Below, one piece after another: positions 10,245-18,370 of a DNA stretch of 40,000 bases. The stretch's first letter is position 1. Each line of letters begins with the position of its first letter. A model generated the notes under the pieces. That model had not been told where the DNA came from, did no database searches, and saw only the letters and a list, made by a program, of their open reading frames with translations. The stretch comes from an uncultured Chloroflexia bacterium (GTDB lineage Bacteria > Chloroflexota > Anaerolineae > B4-G1 > SLSP01). Both the position numbers and the translations under genes were made by a program. The stretch is from contig CAVVUS010000011.1 of NCBI GenBank assembly GCA_963751345.1, positions 280,068 through 320,067 of the forward strand. The letters are read 5' to 3'.

Positions 10245-10322
10245 GTTCCCCCCGCAAGACCCAAGTGGAAGTGGGTATCTCTGGCTGTGCCTGCTTCAGA
10301 AGTGGAAGGGAGAGGTGGAATT

Positions 10323-10808
10323 GTGAATATCCTGGTTGGGTGTCTTGTGTTCGGCATGTTGTCCTGTGCCATATTCGCCATCCTAGCCAAACGCCTCGTG
10401 GCGTCTGCGCTCTGGTTGACAACGCTGAGCGCGCTCCTGTCGGTGCTCATCTACATGATGGGAGCATCCCAGATCGCCGTCATCGAACTCAGCGTCGGCG
10501 CAGGCCTCGTCACGATCTTGTTGGTGTTTGTCGTTGGCATCGTCGGAGAGGAAGCCACGGCCGAGAGGCCGCTGATCCCGCGATTTGTATCGTGGGGGTT
10601 TGGTTTGGCGACCTTGATTCTGCTTGGCTTGCTCACCGTGCCGCTGGTCGCGGCTCCTCCCTCAGCGTCCGTTTCCTCTCTGGCTAGCCTGCTGTGGTAC
10701 GACCGGTCTCTGGATGTCCTGCTCCAGGTTCTTCTGATCTTCTGCGGGGTGATGGGCGTCCTGGGACTGCTGCCTGAGGGTGACACTGTGCCGGCCAGTC
10801 GAGCGTAG
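10323..10808 (+). CDS. Hydrogenase membrane subunit, NuoJ/ND6-like
   Basis: Polytopic membrane protein: ..ILAKRLVASALWLTTLSALLSVLIYMMGASQIAVIELSVGAGLVTILLVFVV.. resembles NuoJ. GTG at 10323 is preceded by GGGAGAGGTGGA; the ORF track start at 10287 is in the same frame. Confidence 0.6.
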   Translation: MNILVGCLVFGMLSCAIFAILAKRLVASALWLTTLSALLSVLIYMMGASQIAVIELSVGAGLVTILLVFVVGIVGEEATAERPLIPRFVSWGFGLATLILLGLLTVPLVAAPPSASVSSLASLLWYDRSLDVLLQVLLIFCGVMGVLGLLPEGDTVPASRA

Positions 10809-10874
10809 GGAAACAGCGTCGAGTTCCGCTGTACCGACGGGTTCGGCACCGGTGGCGGAAGGAGGCGAGGCCCT

Positions 10875-11186
10875 ATGATCCCTTTTCCTTTATCCATCGT
10901 TCTGGTCGCCGTGCTGTGCCTGCTGGGCATAGGCCTGTACGGCCTGTTGGCGCTTCGAAATCTGATCAAGATCGTGATCGTCCTGCAGATCCTGGGCAAA
11001 GCCGGTCTTCTGGCCCTGATCGCCGCCGGTCTCGCTGTTGGGCAGGTCAACCTGGGCCAAAGCCTGGCTCTTACATTCATCGTTGCCGACACGGTCGTGG
11101 CAGCCATCGGCCTGACCCTAGCTGTCCAGGTACGACGTCGTATTGGTACCCTTGATGTTAGGGAGATCGGCAAGCTACATGGTTGA
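10875..11186 (+). CDS. Hydrogenase membrane subunit, NuoK/MnhC-like
   Basis: 103 aa with three TM helices: LGIGLYGLLALRNLIKIVIVLQILGKAGLL.. matches the NuoK/MrpC pattern. GGAAGGAGG lies upstream. Confidence 0.7.
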   Translation: MIPFPLSIVLVAVLCLLGIGLYGLLALRNLIKIVIVLQILGKAGLLALIAAGLAVGQVNLGQSLALTFIVADTVVAAIGLTLAVQVRRRIGTLDVREIGKLHG

Positions 11187-12939
11187 TCAAATGGCTGGTT
11201 ATCTGGTGTTGTCGGTGATTCTTGTTCCTTGGCTAGGTGCCCTCGCTGTATGGTGGGCCGGCGATGATCGGCGTGGCCTGCAGCACGGAATGGCCGTTGC
11301 CTTTGCTCTGGTGACCGCCGTGCTGTCGTTCTTGCTGCCGTCCCTGGCCAGCTCTCAGGTCGTGTTGTCGGTATCGGCAGGCGCGACCTTCGGGACCTTC
11401 TCCTTCGTGCTCGACGGGCTGGGCATCTTCCTGACCATTATCGCGGCCGCAATCGGCGCGCTGGTCGTGATCTTCTCGGTCGACTACATGAAGGGCGAAG
11501 CGCAGCTGGGGCGGTACTACTCATTGATTTTGCTCTTCATCGGCGCGATGAGCGGGCTCGTGCTGACCGGCAGCCTGCTGCTGCTCTTCCTCTTCTGGGA
11601 GATCACGGCCTTTTGCTCCTACGCGCTGATCTCGTTTGACAGTGATGATCCCAAAGCCGTCTCTGGCGGTATCCAGGCGCTCATTGTGACCCAGGTGGGC
11701 GGGATCGGCCTCTTGATCGGCGCGTTGGCCATCTACAGCCATCTGGGCAGTTTCCAGATAAGCGACTTCCTGACCCAGGCAGGCACGTTGCCCCCCGGGA
11801 TACTGCGGTGGATGGCTTTTGGCTTCCTGGCTGCCGCGGCTGCCAAGTCGGCTCAGGTGCCCTTCCATATGTGGCTGCCTGACGCTATGGAGGCGCCCAC
11901 GCCCGTTACCGCGCTGATTCATGCGGCCACGATGGTCAACGCCGGCGTCTATCTGCTGGCGCGCTTCTACCCGGCCTTCGCCCCGGTGGAAGGCTGGAAA
12001 CTGGCGGTTGTGATCGTGGGCGTTGTCTCCTCGGTGCTGGCGGCGATCATGGGCTTGATCGCGGTGGACATCAAGCGCGTCCTGGCCTACTCCACCATCA
12101 GCCAACTTGGGTACATGGTCTACGCTATCGGCGCTGGTGGGATCTTTGCCAGCCAGTTCCACCTCATGAGCCACTCTGTATACAAGGCATTGCTCTTCCT
12201 CGGCGCAGGAGCGGTCGCTCATACGCTCGGCACGCGCGATATGCGCAAGATGGGAGGCCTGGGGCGCGAGATGCCCTTTGTGCGCGCCGTGTTCCTGATT
12301 GGCGCCCTGTCCCTGGCCGGGCTGCCGATCCTGAACGGGTTCTGGAGCAAGGAGATGGTGCTGGAAGAGGGCCTCAGAGGCGGTCCGCTATGGGCCTATA
12401 TCGCTATGCTGGCCTGCGCCGGCCTGACGGCGCTCTATACCTTCCGCATGGTGTGGCTGGTCTTCTACGGCGAGCGCCGAAGTGAGGGCACTGTACACGA
12501 TGCGCCGTCGGCCATGCGCCTGGCGCTCGGCGTGCTGGCCCTGGGCGCGCTCGTGTCGTGGGTGTCTGCAGGTCCCTTTGGCAGGATGCTGCAGAGCAGC
12601 CTGCCCTTCCACACGTTGGACGTGGCTACCACCGGCCAGATGATGGTCGCCGTCTTGACCGCGTGGCCCACCTGGCTTGCGTTGGCGGTTGTGGGCCTCG
12701 GTCTCGCTGCGTGGTGGTGGCGGGAGCGACTGGCCTCGGTTGTGTCCGGCTTGCGCTTCGTGACGCGAGCGGCAACGGCTGATTTCGGCTTTGCCTGGCT
12801 CAACCGGACCATCGCCCGCACGACAAGAAGTGCCGCTGCGAAGCTCTCGCTCGCCCAGACCGGACAGCTCAGCTGGAATGTCCTTGGCATCGTCGCCGGC
12901 CTTGTGGCCGTGCTCGTTTTCCTGATTTGGAGGGCCTGA
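11179..12939 (+). CDS. Proton-conducting antiporter-like subunit (NuoL/MnhA/HyfB family)
   Basis: About 590-aa polytopic protein with ..LFLFWEITAFCSYALI.., ..KSAQVPFHMWLPDAMEAPTPVTALIHAATMVNAGVYLLAR.. (hallmark of the NuoL/M/N family). The ATG at 11179 overlaps the end of the NuoK-like gene. Confidence 0.8.
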   Translation: MVDQMAGYLVLSVILVPWLGALAVWWAGDDRRGLQHGMAVAFALVTAVLSFLLPSLASSQVVLSVSAGATFGTFSFVLDGLGIFLTIIAAAIGALVVIFSVDYMKGEAQLGRYYSLILLFIGAMSGLVLTGSLLLLFLFWEITAFCSYALISFDSDDPKAVSGGIQALIVTQVGGIGLLIGALAIYSHLGSFQISDFLTQAGTLPPGILRWMAFGFLAAAAAKSAQVPFHMWLPDAMEAPTPVTALIHAATMVNAGVYLLARFYPAFAPVEGWKLAVVIVGVVSSVLAAIMGLIAVDIKRVLAYSTISQLGYMVYAIGAGGIFASQFHLMSHSVYKALLFLGAGAVAHTLGTRDMRKMGGLGREMPFVRAVFLIGALSLAGLPILNGFWSKEMVLEEGLRGGPLWAYIAMLACAGLTALYTFRMVWLVFYGERRSEGTVHDAPSAMRLALGVLALGALVSWVSAGPFGRMLQSSLPFHTLDVATTGQMMVAVLTAWPTWLALAVVGLGLAAWWWRERLASVVSGLRFVTRAATADFGFAWLNRTIARTTRSAAAKLSLAQTGQLSWNVLGIVAGLVAVLVFLIWRA

Positions 12940-12940
12940 A

Positions 12941-14449
12941 GTGCAGATATCTGCTGTGATGTGGCTAGTTGCCATCCCGCTGCTGGCGACGCCCGTGGTG
13001 TACCTCGCTGGGCACATGGGCCGCGCCGCAGCGTCTGAGTTGAGTGGGCAGACGGTTTCGCGCTTGGGGGCGCTGATCGCTTTGCTCGCGGCTTTCTTAC
13101 CGTTCTCGCAGGCGACTCGCGAGTTGGCGCTTTCCGGGCCATCCACCTTCGCCGTGGGTCTGATCAGTTTCCGGGCCGATGGGCTGGCCCTGGTGATGGC
13201 CGGGCTCGTCTTCGTCTTGGGGATCGCGGTTGTTCTCTCGGGCGATCCATCCATTCACCACGAGGGGGGCGAGGTCAAGTTCTACGCCTTGCTCCTGATC
13301 ATGCTCGGCAGCGCCGTCGGGTTGTCCTGCGCTGGTGACCTGTTCAACCTGTGGCTCTGGTTCGAGATCATGGCGACCGCCTCCTATCTGCTGGTTGCCT
13401 TTCATCGGAACCGACCCGCGACGCTGGAGGCCAGCGTGAAATACCTGGTGCAGAGCAGCGCGGGCTCCGCCCTGGTGATCTTGGGCATCGCCCTGGTGTT
13501 GGCCGAGACCGGTACGCTGGATCTGGAGCAGATCCGGGCGGTTGCGACCGCGTCGCCCGGCCTGCTCGCCGCAGGCGCGCTATTTCTGATAGGGTTCGGC
13601 GTCAAGGCCGCGTTGGTGCCGCTCCATACTTGGCTTCCCGATGCCCACTCCATGGCGCCCAGCGGCGTGAGCGCCCTGCTCTCCGGCGTGGTGATCGAGA
13701 CAGGGCTGATCGCTATGCTTCGTGCTCTGAGCGTTCTGTCGGGCACGATCCTCTCGTGGGGGATCCTGTTGATCGCCTTCGGCGCGCTCAATATGCTTGT
13801 CGGAAACCTGATGGCCCTGCGCCAGCAGCAGGTCAAACGTATGTTGGCCTACTCCAGCCTGACCCACATGGGCTACATGCTGCTCGGACTGGGCATCGGC
13901 ATTTACGCGGGACAGCTGACCGCGGCTCAGGGCGGTTTCTTCCACCTGATCAATCACGGCCTGATGAAGGGTCTGGCATTTCTCACGGCCGGAACACTGC
14001 TTCACGTGCTGCGCACGGCTGGCGGAGATGAGGAGCCCTTGGTGATCGCCGATCTGAATGGCACGGTTCAGCGCTATCCCACACTCGCGTTAGTTATGAG
14101 CATTGCCCTGTTGGGATTGGGTGGATTACCCCCACTGGCGGGTTTTATGTCTGAGTGGCAGATCTTCACGTCCGGCTTCCTTACCCACAACGGCGTCATC
14201 GAGGGAGTCGTCGTATTCGCAGGTCTGATGAGTGTGATGTCCTTGACCTACTATGTGCCCCTTGTCAACGCGGTCTACAAGAATGAGGCGTCGCAAGCCG
14301 TCAAGAATGGTGCGTCGCTTCGAGGCATGACGCTGGTGCCGCTGCTCCTGCTGGCTGTCGCGATCATCGCCATAGGGGTGTGGCCACGGCTGGTCGAAGG
14401 GCTCACAGCTCCGGCCGGCGCTTCGCTGCTGGCCGGCCTAGGGAAGTGA
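12941..14449 (+). CDS. Proton-conducting antiporter-like subunit (NuoM/NuoN/MnhD family)
   Basis: ..LWLWFEIMATASYLLV.., ..GVKAALVPLHTWLPDAHSMAPSGVSALLSGVVIETGLIAMLR.., ..LAYSSLTHMGYML.. The GTG at 12941 lies 1 nt after the upstream stop. Confidence 0.8.
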   Translation: MQISAVMWLVAIPLLATPVVYLAGHMGRAAASELSGQTVSRLGALIALLAAFLPFSQATRELALSGPSTFAVGLISFRADGLALVMAGLVFVLGIAVVLSGDPSIHHEGGEVKFYALLLIMLGSAVGLSCAGDLFNLWLWFEIMATASYLLVAFHRNRPATLEASVKYLVQSSAGSALVILGIALVLAETGTLDLEQIRAVATASPGLLAAGALFLIGFGVKAALVPLHTWLPDAHSMAPSGVSALLSGVVIETGLIAMLRALSVLSGTILSWGILLIAFGALNMLVGNLMALRQQQVKRMLAYSSLTHMGYMLLGLGIGIYAGQLTAAQGGFFHLINHGLMKGLAFLTAGTLLHVLRTAGGDEEPLVIADLNGTVQRYPTLALVMSIALLGLGGLPPLAGFMSEWQIFTSGFLTHNGVIEGVVVFAGLMSVMSLTYYVPLVNAVYKNEASQAVKNGASLRGMTLVPLLLLAVAIIAIGVWPRLVEGLTAPAGASLLAGLGK

Positions 14450-14480
14450 GGGGTAGTGTGAGAAGACGAGGAATGGAGAT

Positions 14481-14795
14481 ATGAGCCACCTATTGCTAAC
14501 ACCACCGATTGCTCTGATCGTATATGTTGGGCTTGTGGGGATTCTGGCCCTGGTCGGACGCTGGTTGGCCGGGCCGGTTGAGGAGGAGCCAGCTGGGCGG
14601 AAGATCTATGCCAGTGGCGAAGCGTCGCCCAGGTACGCGGCCGTGCCCGGCTACCGTCAGTTCTTTGTCGTCGCCCTGTTCTTCGGCATCTTGCACCTGG
14701 GCGCACTGGTGCTCGGGAGCGAGGGTCAAACCTGGACAGCGGTGGTCTACGTGGCGGGCCTGGCCTTCGCCCTGGTGGCGCTGATCTTGGGTTGA
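14481..14795 (+). CDS. Small three-TM subunit, NuoA-like
   Basis: 104 aa with three predicted TM helices. The loop ..KIYASGEASP.. is positioned like the NuoA PYECG loop, followed by FFVVALFFGILHLGALVL. Assignment rests on topology and operon position; similarity is weak. Confidence 0.45.
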   Translation: MSHLLLTPPIALIVYVGLVGILALVGRWLAGPVEEEPAGRKIYASGEASPRYAAVPGYRQFFVVALFFGILHLGALVLGSEGQTWTAVVYVAGLAFALVALILG

Positions 14796-14843
14796 CGTGG
14801 ACGACGTCGACCGAGTAGAGGATGAAAGAGGAGTTAGGTTGAT

Positions 14844-15341
14844 ATGTCGAATCCATTATATGTAGCCGCGGATCGTCTGAAGGAGTGGGCGCGTCAAAGT
14901 TCGCCGTGGGCCGTTCACTACAACAGCGGTTCGTGCAATGGCTGTGATATCGAAATCGTGGCGACTTTTACGCCACGTTACGACGTGGAGCGCCTGGGCA
15001 TCAAGCTGGAGGGCAGCCCCCGCCACGCCGATGTGTTGGTCGCCACTGGGCCGGTGACAAGGCAATCGCGGGAACGGCTACTGCGCATCTATCAGCAGAT
15101 GTCTGAGCCCAAGTTTGTCGTCGCCGTGGGTTCGTGTGCGATCAGCGGCGGCGTCTTCCGAGGGTGTTACAACTCCCTGGGTGGCATAGATCAGGTGATT
15201 CCGGTCGACGCCTACATTCCGGGCTGTCCGCCGCGCCCTCAGGCCATCGTCGACGGCCTGATCAAGCTTCTGTTCGGTGTTGCGGATCCGGCAGCCCTGA
15301 CCGATGGGGAAGAGGAGCAAGCTAGCAATGACACAGACTGA
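14844..15341 (+). CDS. [NiFe]-hydrogenase small subunit, NuoB/HycG-like (4Fe-4S)
   Basis: Cluster ligands GSCNGCDIE, VGSCAISGG and IPGCPPRP are typical of NuoB and group 4 small subunits. Confidence 0.9.
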   Translation: MSNPLYVAADRLKEWARQSSPWAVHYNSGSCNGCDIEIVATFTPRYDVERLGIKLEGSPRHADVLVATGPVTRQSRERLLRIYQQMSEPKFVVAVGSCAISGGVFRGCYNSLGGIDQVIPVDAYIPGCPPRPQAIVDGLIKLLFGVADPAALTDGEEEQASNDTD

Positions 15342-17034
15342 GGATTTACTGACCAGGGGAGTCGATCTGCTGAAGCCGTGGGCCGAGGAGATGACTCTCA
15401 CCAAGGACGGTCGATGGGATGCGATCGTCCGCCCCGAAAACCTTCTTGCTGCCGTGGATGTGCTGCATAAGAATCGATGGGGCTACCTCACGTCGATCAC
15501 GGGCATGGATCTCGGTGTGGAGGCCGGAGAGCTCGAGATCATCTACCATTTCCGCCAGGATGCGGCCATTATCGGCCTGCGCGTGCGAACGCCAAGGGAC
15601 AATGCGTCCGTGCACAGCATCTGTGGTATCGTGCCGTCAGTCAGCTTGATGGAGCACGAGATGGCGGAGATGTTTGGTGTGAACGTGGTCGATATGCCAC
15701 CCTCCGGAAGGCTGTTTCTCGCCGAAGACTGGCCGGACAGCGCGCACCCCTTGCTCAAGGACTTCGATCCGGAGAAGGTGGAGCCCCGCGATCTGTCAGA
15801 CAGCGAGCTGGACGACGTCGCGGAGGAGTTCCACTCCGCGCAGGATGATCCTGAGCGTTTCATCGTGCCCATCGGTCCACAGCATCCGGCGCTAAAGGAA
15901 CCGGGGCATTTCGAGTTCAACGTCGATGGCGAGGTCGTCACCAGTGCTTCCGCGCGGCTTGGCTATGCCCATCGCGGCATCGAGAAGGCGACGGAGTCGC
16001 GTACCTGGGTGCAGAACCTCTATTTGCTGGAGCGTGTGTGCGGCATCTGCTCGCACATCCACGCCCTGACTTACTGTCAGGGCGTGGAGAAGCTGGCTGG
16101 TGTGGAGGTGTCGCCGCGGGCCCGGGCCATTCGCACGCTGGTGGCCGAGCTTGAACGTCTCCATAGCCACATGCTGTGGCTTGGTGTGGGGGCGCACGAG
16201 GCCGGGTTTGACACGCTCTTTATGTATAGCTGGCGTGACCGTGAGGTGGTCATGGACCTACTGGAGGGTCTCTCCGGTAACCGTGTCAACTACTCCGCGA
16301 ACCTGCTGGGTGGCGTCAAGTTTGACGTCACGGAAGCGCAGATTCAGGCCATTCTCGACGGCGCGAAGATCCTGGAGCAGCGACTGCACCACTACCTCCA
16401 CGTCGCCACCACGGACGAATCCTTCCTGATGCGAACACGGGGAATCGGCACGATGACCCAGGAGCAGGCGGAACTGTTGGGCACGGTAGGGCCGACGGCG
16501 CGTGCATCGGGTGTAACCCGTGACCTGCGCATCGATGCGCCGTATGCTTACTACCCCGAGTCCCCCGTGAAGGCCGTCATCACGTCGGAGGGTGATCTTC
16601 TTGCCCGTGTCGTGGTGCGGATCGAGGAGCTCTTTGAGAGCCTGCGTATGGTCTGCGATCTCGCGCAGAACCTGCCCGAGGGCGACCTGACCGTGCGCGT
16701 GCCCACAAGGATCAAGGAAGGCGAGACCGTCAGTTGCTGCGAAGCGCCGCGAGGTGAGCTCTACTACTTCATCCGGAGTAACGGGACCGACAAGCCGGAG
16801 CGGATCAAGGTGCGAACGCCCACCCTATCCAACTGGGGTGCGGTACTGTCCACCGTGGTCGGGCACCAACTAGCCGACGTACCTATGATCTTGGCCGGCG
16901 TCGATCCCTGCTTCTCGTGCAACGACCGCATGGTCAGCCTCTATGCGGGATCGGACGAGAGCCGTCTGTGGACGTGGGAACAACTGCGAAGACACGGAAT
17001 TGAGTACTATCGATGCAAAACCTCAAAGATCTGA
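15328..17034 (+). CDS. Group 4 [NiFe]-hydrogenase large subunit, fused NuoC-NuoD-like (HycE-like)
   Basis: N-terminal NuoC-like half. L1 Ni-binding motif RVCGICSHIH (16033-16062) and L2 motif DPCFSCNDR (16903-16929), followed by a 34-aa C-terminal extension. ATG at 15328 follows GAGGAG; the ORF track start at 15304 is in the same frame. Confidence 0.9.
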   Translation: MTQTEDLLTRGVDLLKPWAEEMTLTKDGRWDAIVRPENLLAAVDVLHKNRWGYLTSITGMDLGVEAGELEIIYHFRQDAAIIGLRVRTPRDNASVHSICGIVPSVSLMEHEMAEMFGVNVVDMPPSGRLFLAEDWPDSAHPLLKDFDPEKVEPRDLSDSELDDVAEEFHSAQDDPERFIVPIGPQHPALKEPGHFEFNVDGEVVTSASARLGYAHRGIEKATESRTWVQNLYLLERVCGICSHIHALTYCQGVEKLAGVEVSPRARAIRTLVAELERLHSHMLWLGVGAHEAGFDTLFMYSWRDREVVMDLLEGLSGNRVNYSANLLGGVKFDVTEAQIQAILDGAKILEQRLHHYLHVATTDESFLMRTRGIGTMTQEQAELLGTVGPTARASGVTRDLRIDAPYAYYPESPVKAVITSEGDLLARVVVRIEELFESLRMVCDLAQNLPEGDLTVRVPTRIKEGETVSCCEAPRGELYYFIRSNGTDKPERIKVRTPTLSNWGAVLSTVVGHQLADVPMILAGVDPCFSCNDRMVSLYAGSDESRLWTWEQLRRHGIEYYRCKTSKI

Positions 17035-17957
17035 TCGCACTAACGGTTTTCCCAAGTGGTCTGTTCTTGTTGCTCGTCGCCCTTCTATATGAGTGGGTCA
17101 ACCGCAAGCTGGTGGCACGTCTGCAGAACCGGCTTGGCCCGCGCTGGTATCAGCCGATAGCCGACACGGTGAAGTTGCTTGCCAAGGATGAGGTCCTGCC
17201 CGAGCGGACGATCGCGGCGCTGTTTCATGGCCTGCCGATCGTGGCGCTGGCGGGCGCGCTGACGGCCGCGCTCTACGTGCCGCTCTTTGGCTTGCGCTCT
17301 TCCTTCAGCTTCGCCGGTGACTTGATCGTCGCGATCTATCTTCTGGGATTGCCGACTATGTGTATCGGTCTGACGGGTGCCATCAATCCCGACCGGTTCT
17401 CGCTGCTCGGGGCTACCAGAGCGTTGACCCAGTTCTTCTCTTACGAAGCACCGCTTCTGCTGGGCCTGTTGGGGCCTGCTCTCGTGGCCGGCTCGTGGCA
17501 GATCAGTGACATTGCGACCTTTGCGAGCGGACGCTGGCTGGTGCTGACCCAGCCGGTCGGCTTTGTAGTTACGTTGATCGGCCTGATGGGAGAGCTGGAA
17601 CTGCCCCCCTTTGACGCCCCGGAGGCGGAGACGGAGATCGTGGCAGGAGCTCTGACCGAGTACAGCGGTCGAGGGTTTGCCTTCTTCCGGCTGGCGAAGG
17701 ACGTCGAGCTGGTCGTCGGTATCGCATTGATCGCCGCGTTCTATCTGGGTGGGCTGAGCTCGACCCTTGCCTTCCCATTGGCGGCGCTGATCTTTCTCGC
17801 CAAGGCGTTGGCCATTCTCCTGGTGTTGGCCATCCTTCAGACCATCTTCGCCCGGCTGCGCATCGACCAGACCGTGGGGTTGTGGTGGCGATTTGGCGTG
17901 CTGTTGGTATTGGTCCAGTGGTTCGTAACGATTTTGGGGAGGTATCTACCGCTGTGA
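17013..17957 (+). CDS. Hydrogenase membrane subunit, NuoH/HycD-like
   Basis: 314-aa polytopic protein: ..YEWVNRKLVARLQNRLGPR.. is the NuoH/HycD N-terminal signature, and ..ELELPPFDAPEAETEIVAGALTEYSG.. is the conserved loop. Confidence 0.85.
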   Translation: MQNLKDLIALTVFPSGLFLLLVALLYEWVNRKLVARLQNRLGPRWYQPIADTVKLLAKDEVLPERTIAALFHGLPIVALAGALTAALYVPLFGLRSSFSFAGDLIVAIYLLGLPTMCIGLTGAINPDRFSLLGATRALTQFFSYEAPLLLGLLGPALVAGSWQISDIATFASGRWLVLTQPVGFVVTLIGLMGELELPPFDAPEAETEIVAGALTEYSGRGFAFFRLAKDVELVVGIALIAAFYLGGLSSTLAFPLAALIFLAKALAILLVLAILQTIFARLRIDQTVGLWWRFGVLLVLVQWFVTILGRYLPL

Positions 17958-18370
17958 ACATTGGAGTTATGCTGCAAGACGTACTGACATCGATGGTGCA
18001 CCGTCCGGTCACCGAGAGATACCCGTTCGAACGTCAGCCTGTGCCGGACGGGCTACGCGGCAAGGTCGTCTGGGATGCGGACGAGTGTATCGGCTGCGGT
18101 CGATGCGTCAAAGATTGTCCCGCCGAGGCACTCGAGCTGTTCATTCTCGACAGGAAGGCAAAGAAGTACGTGATGCGGTATCACGTCGACCGCTGCGTGT
18201 TCTGCGCCCAATGTAAGAGAAGCTGCCCGACAGACGCCATCTCTCTTTCGGACGAGCAGTGGGAGCTGGCGGCGCTGGATAGGACGACGTTTGACGTCTA
18301 CTATGGAAAGGATGAGGATGTCCAAGCCGTGCTGGCAGAATCGGCTGGCTCGGATGGCCAAGGGGACTAG
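17954..18370 (+). CDS. 2x[4Fe-4S] ferredoxin-like subunit, NuoI/HycF-like
   Basis: CIGCGRCVKDCP and CVFCAQCKRSCP motifs. The GTG at 17954 overlaps the upstream stop (GTGA) and follows GGGGAGG. Alternative ATG at 17969; the ORF track start at 17882 is an extension. Confidence 0.85.
   Translation: MNIGVMLQDVLTSMVHRPVTERYPFERQPVPDGLRGKVVWDADECIGCGRCVKDCPAEALELFILDRKAKKYVMRYHVDRCVFCAQCKRSCPTDAISLSDEQWELAALDRTTFDVYYGKDEDVQAVLAESAGSDGQGD

Noticed and set aside
10451-13254. Long - strand ORFs (10451..11173, 11521..12222, 12388..13254, 12465..13142)
   Set aside because: They are antisense to NuoJ/K/L/M-like membrane subunit genes, which show clear family motifs and operon coupling. These are shadow ORFs.
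10323-18370. Annotation as respiratory complex I (nuo operon)
   Set aside because: The NuoD-like subunit retains both [NiFe] cysteine motifs and a protease-cleavable tail, and a HycI-type protease follows. NuoE/F/G are absent. It is therefore a group 4 hydrogenase.
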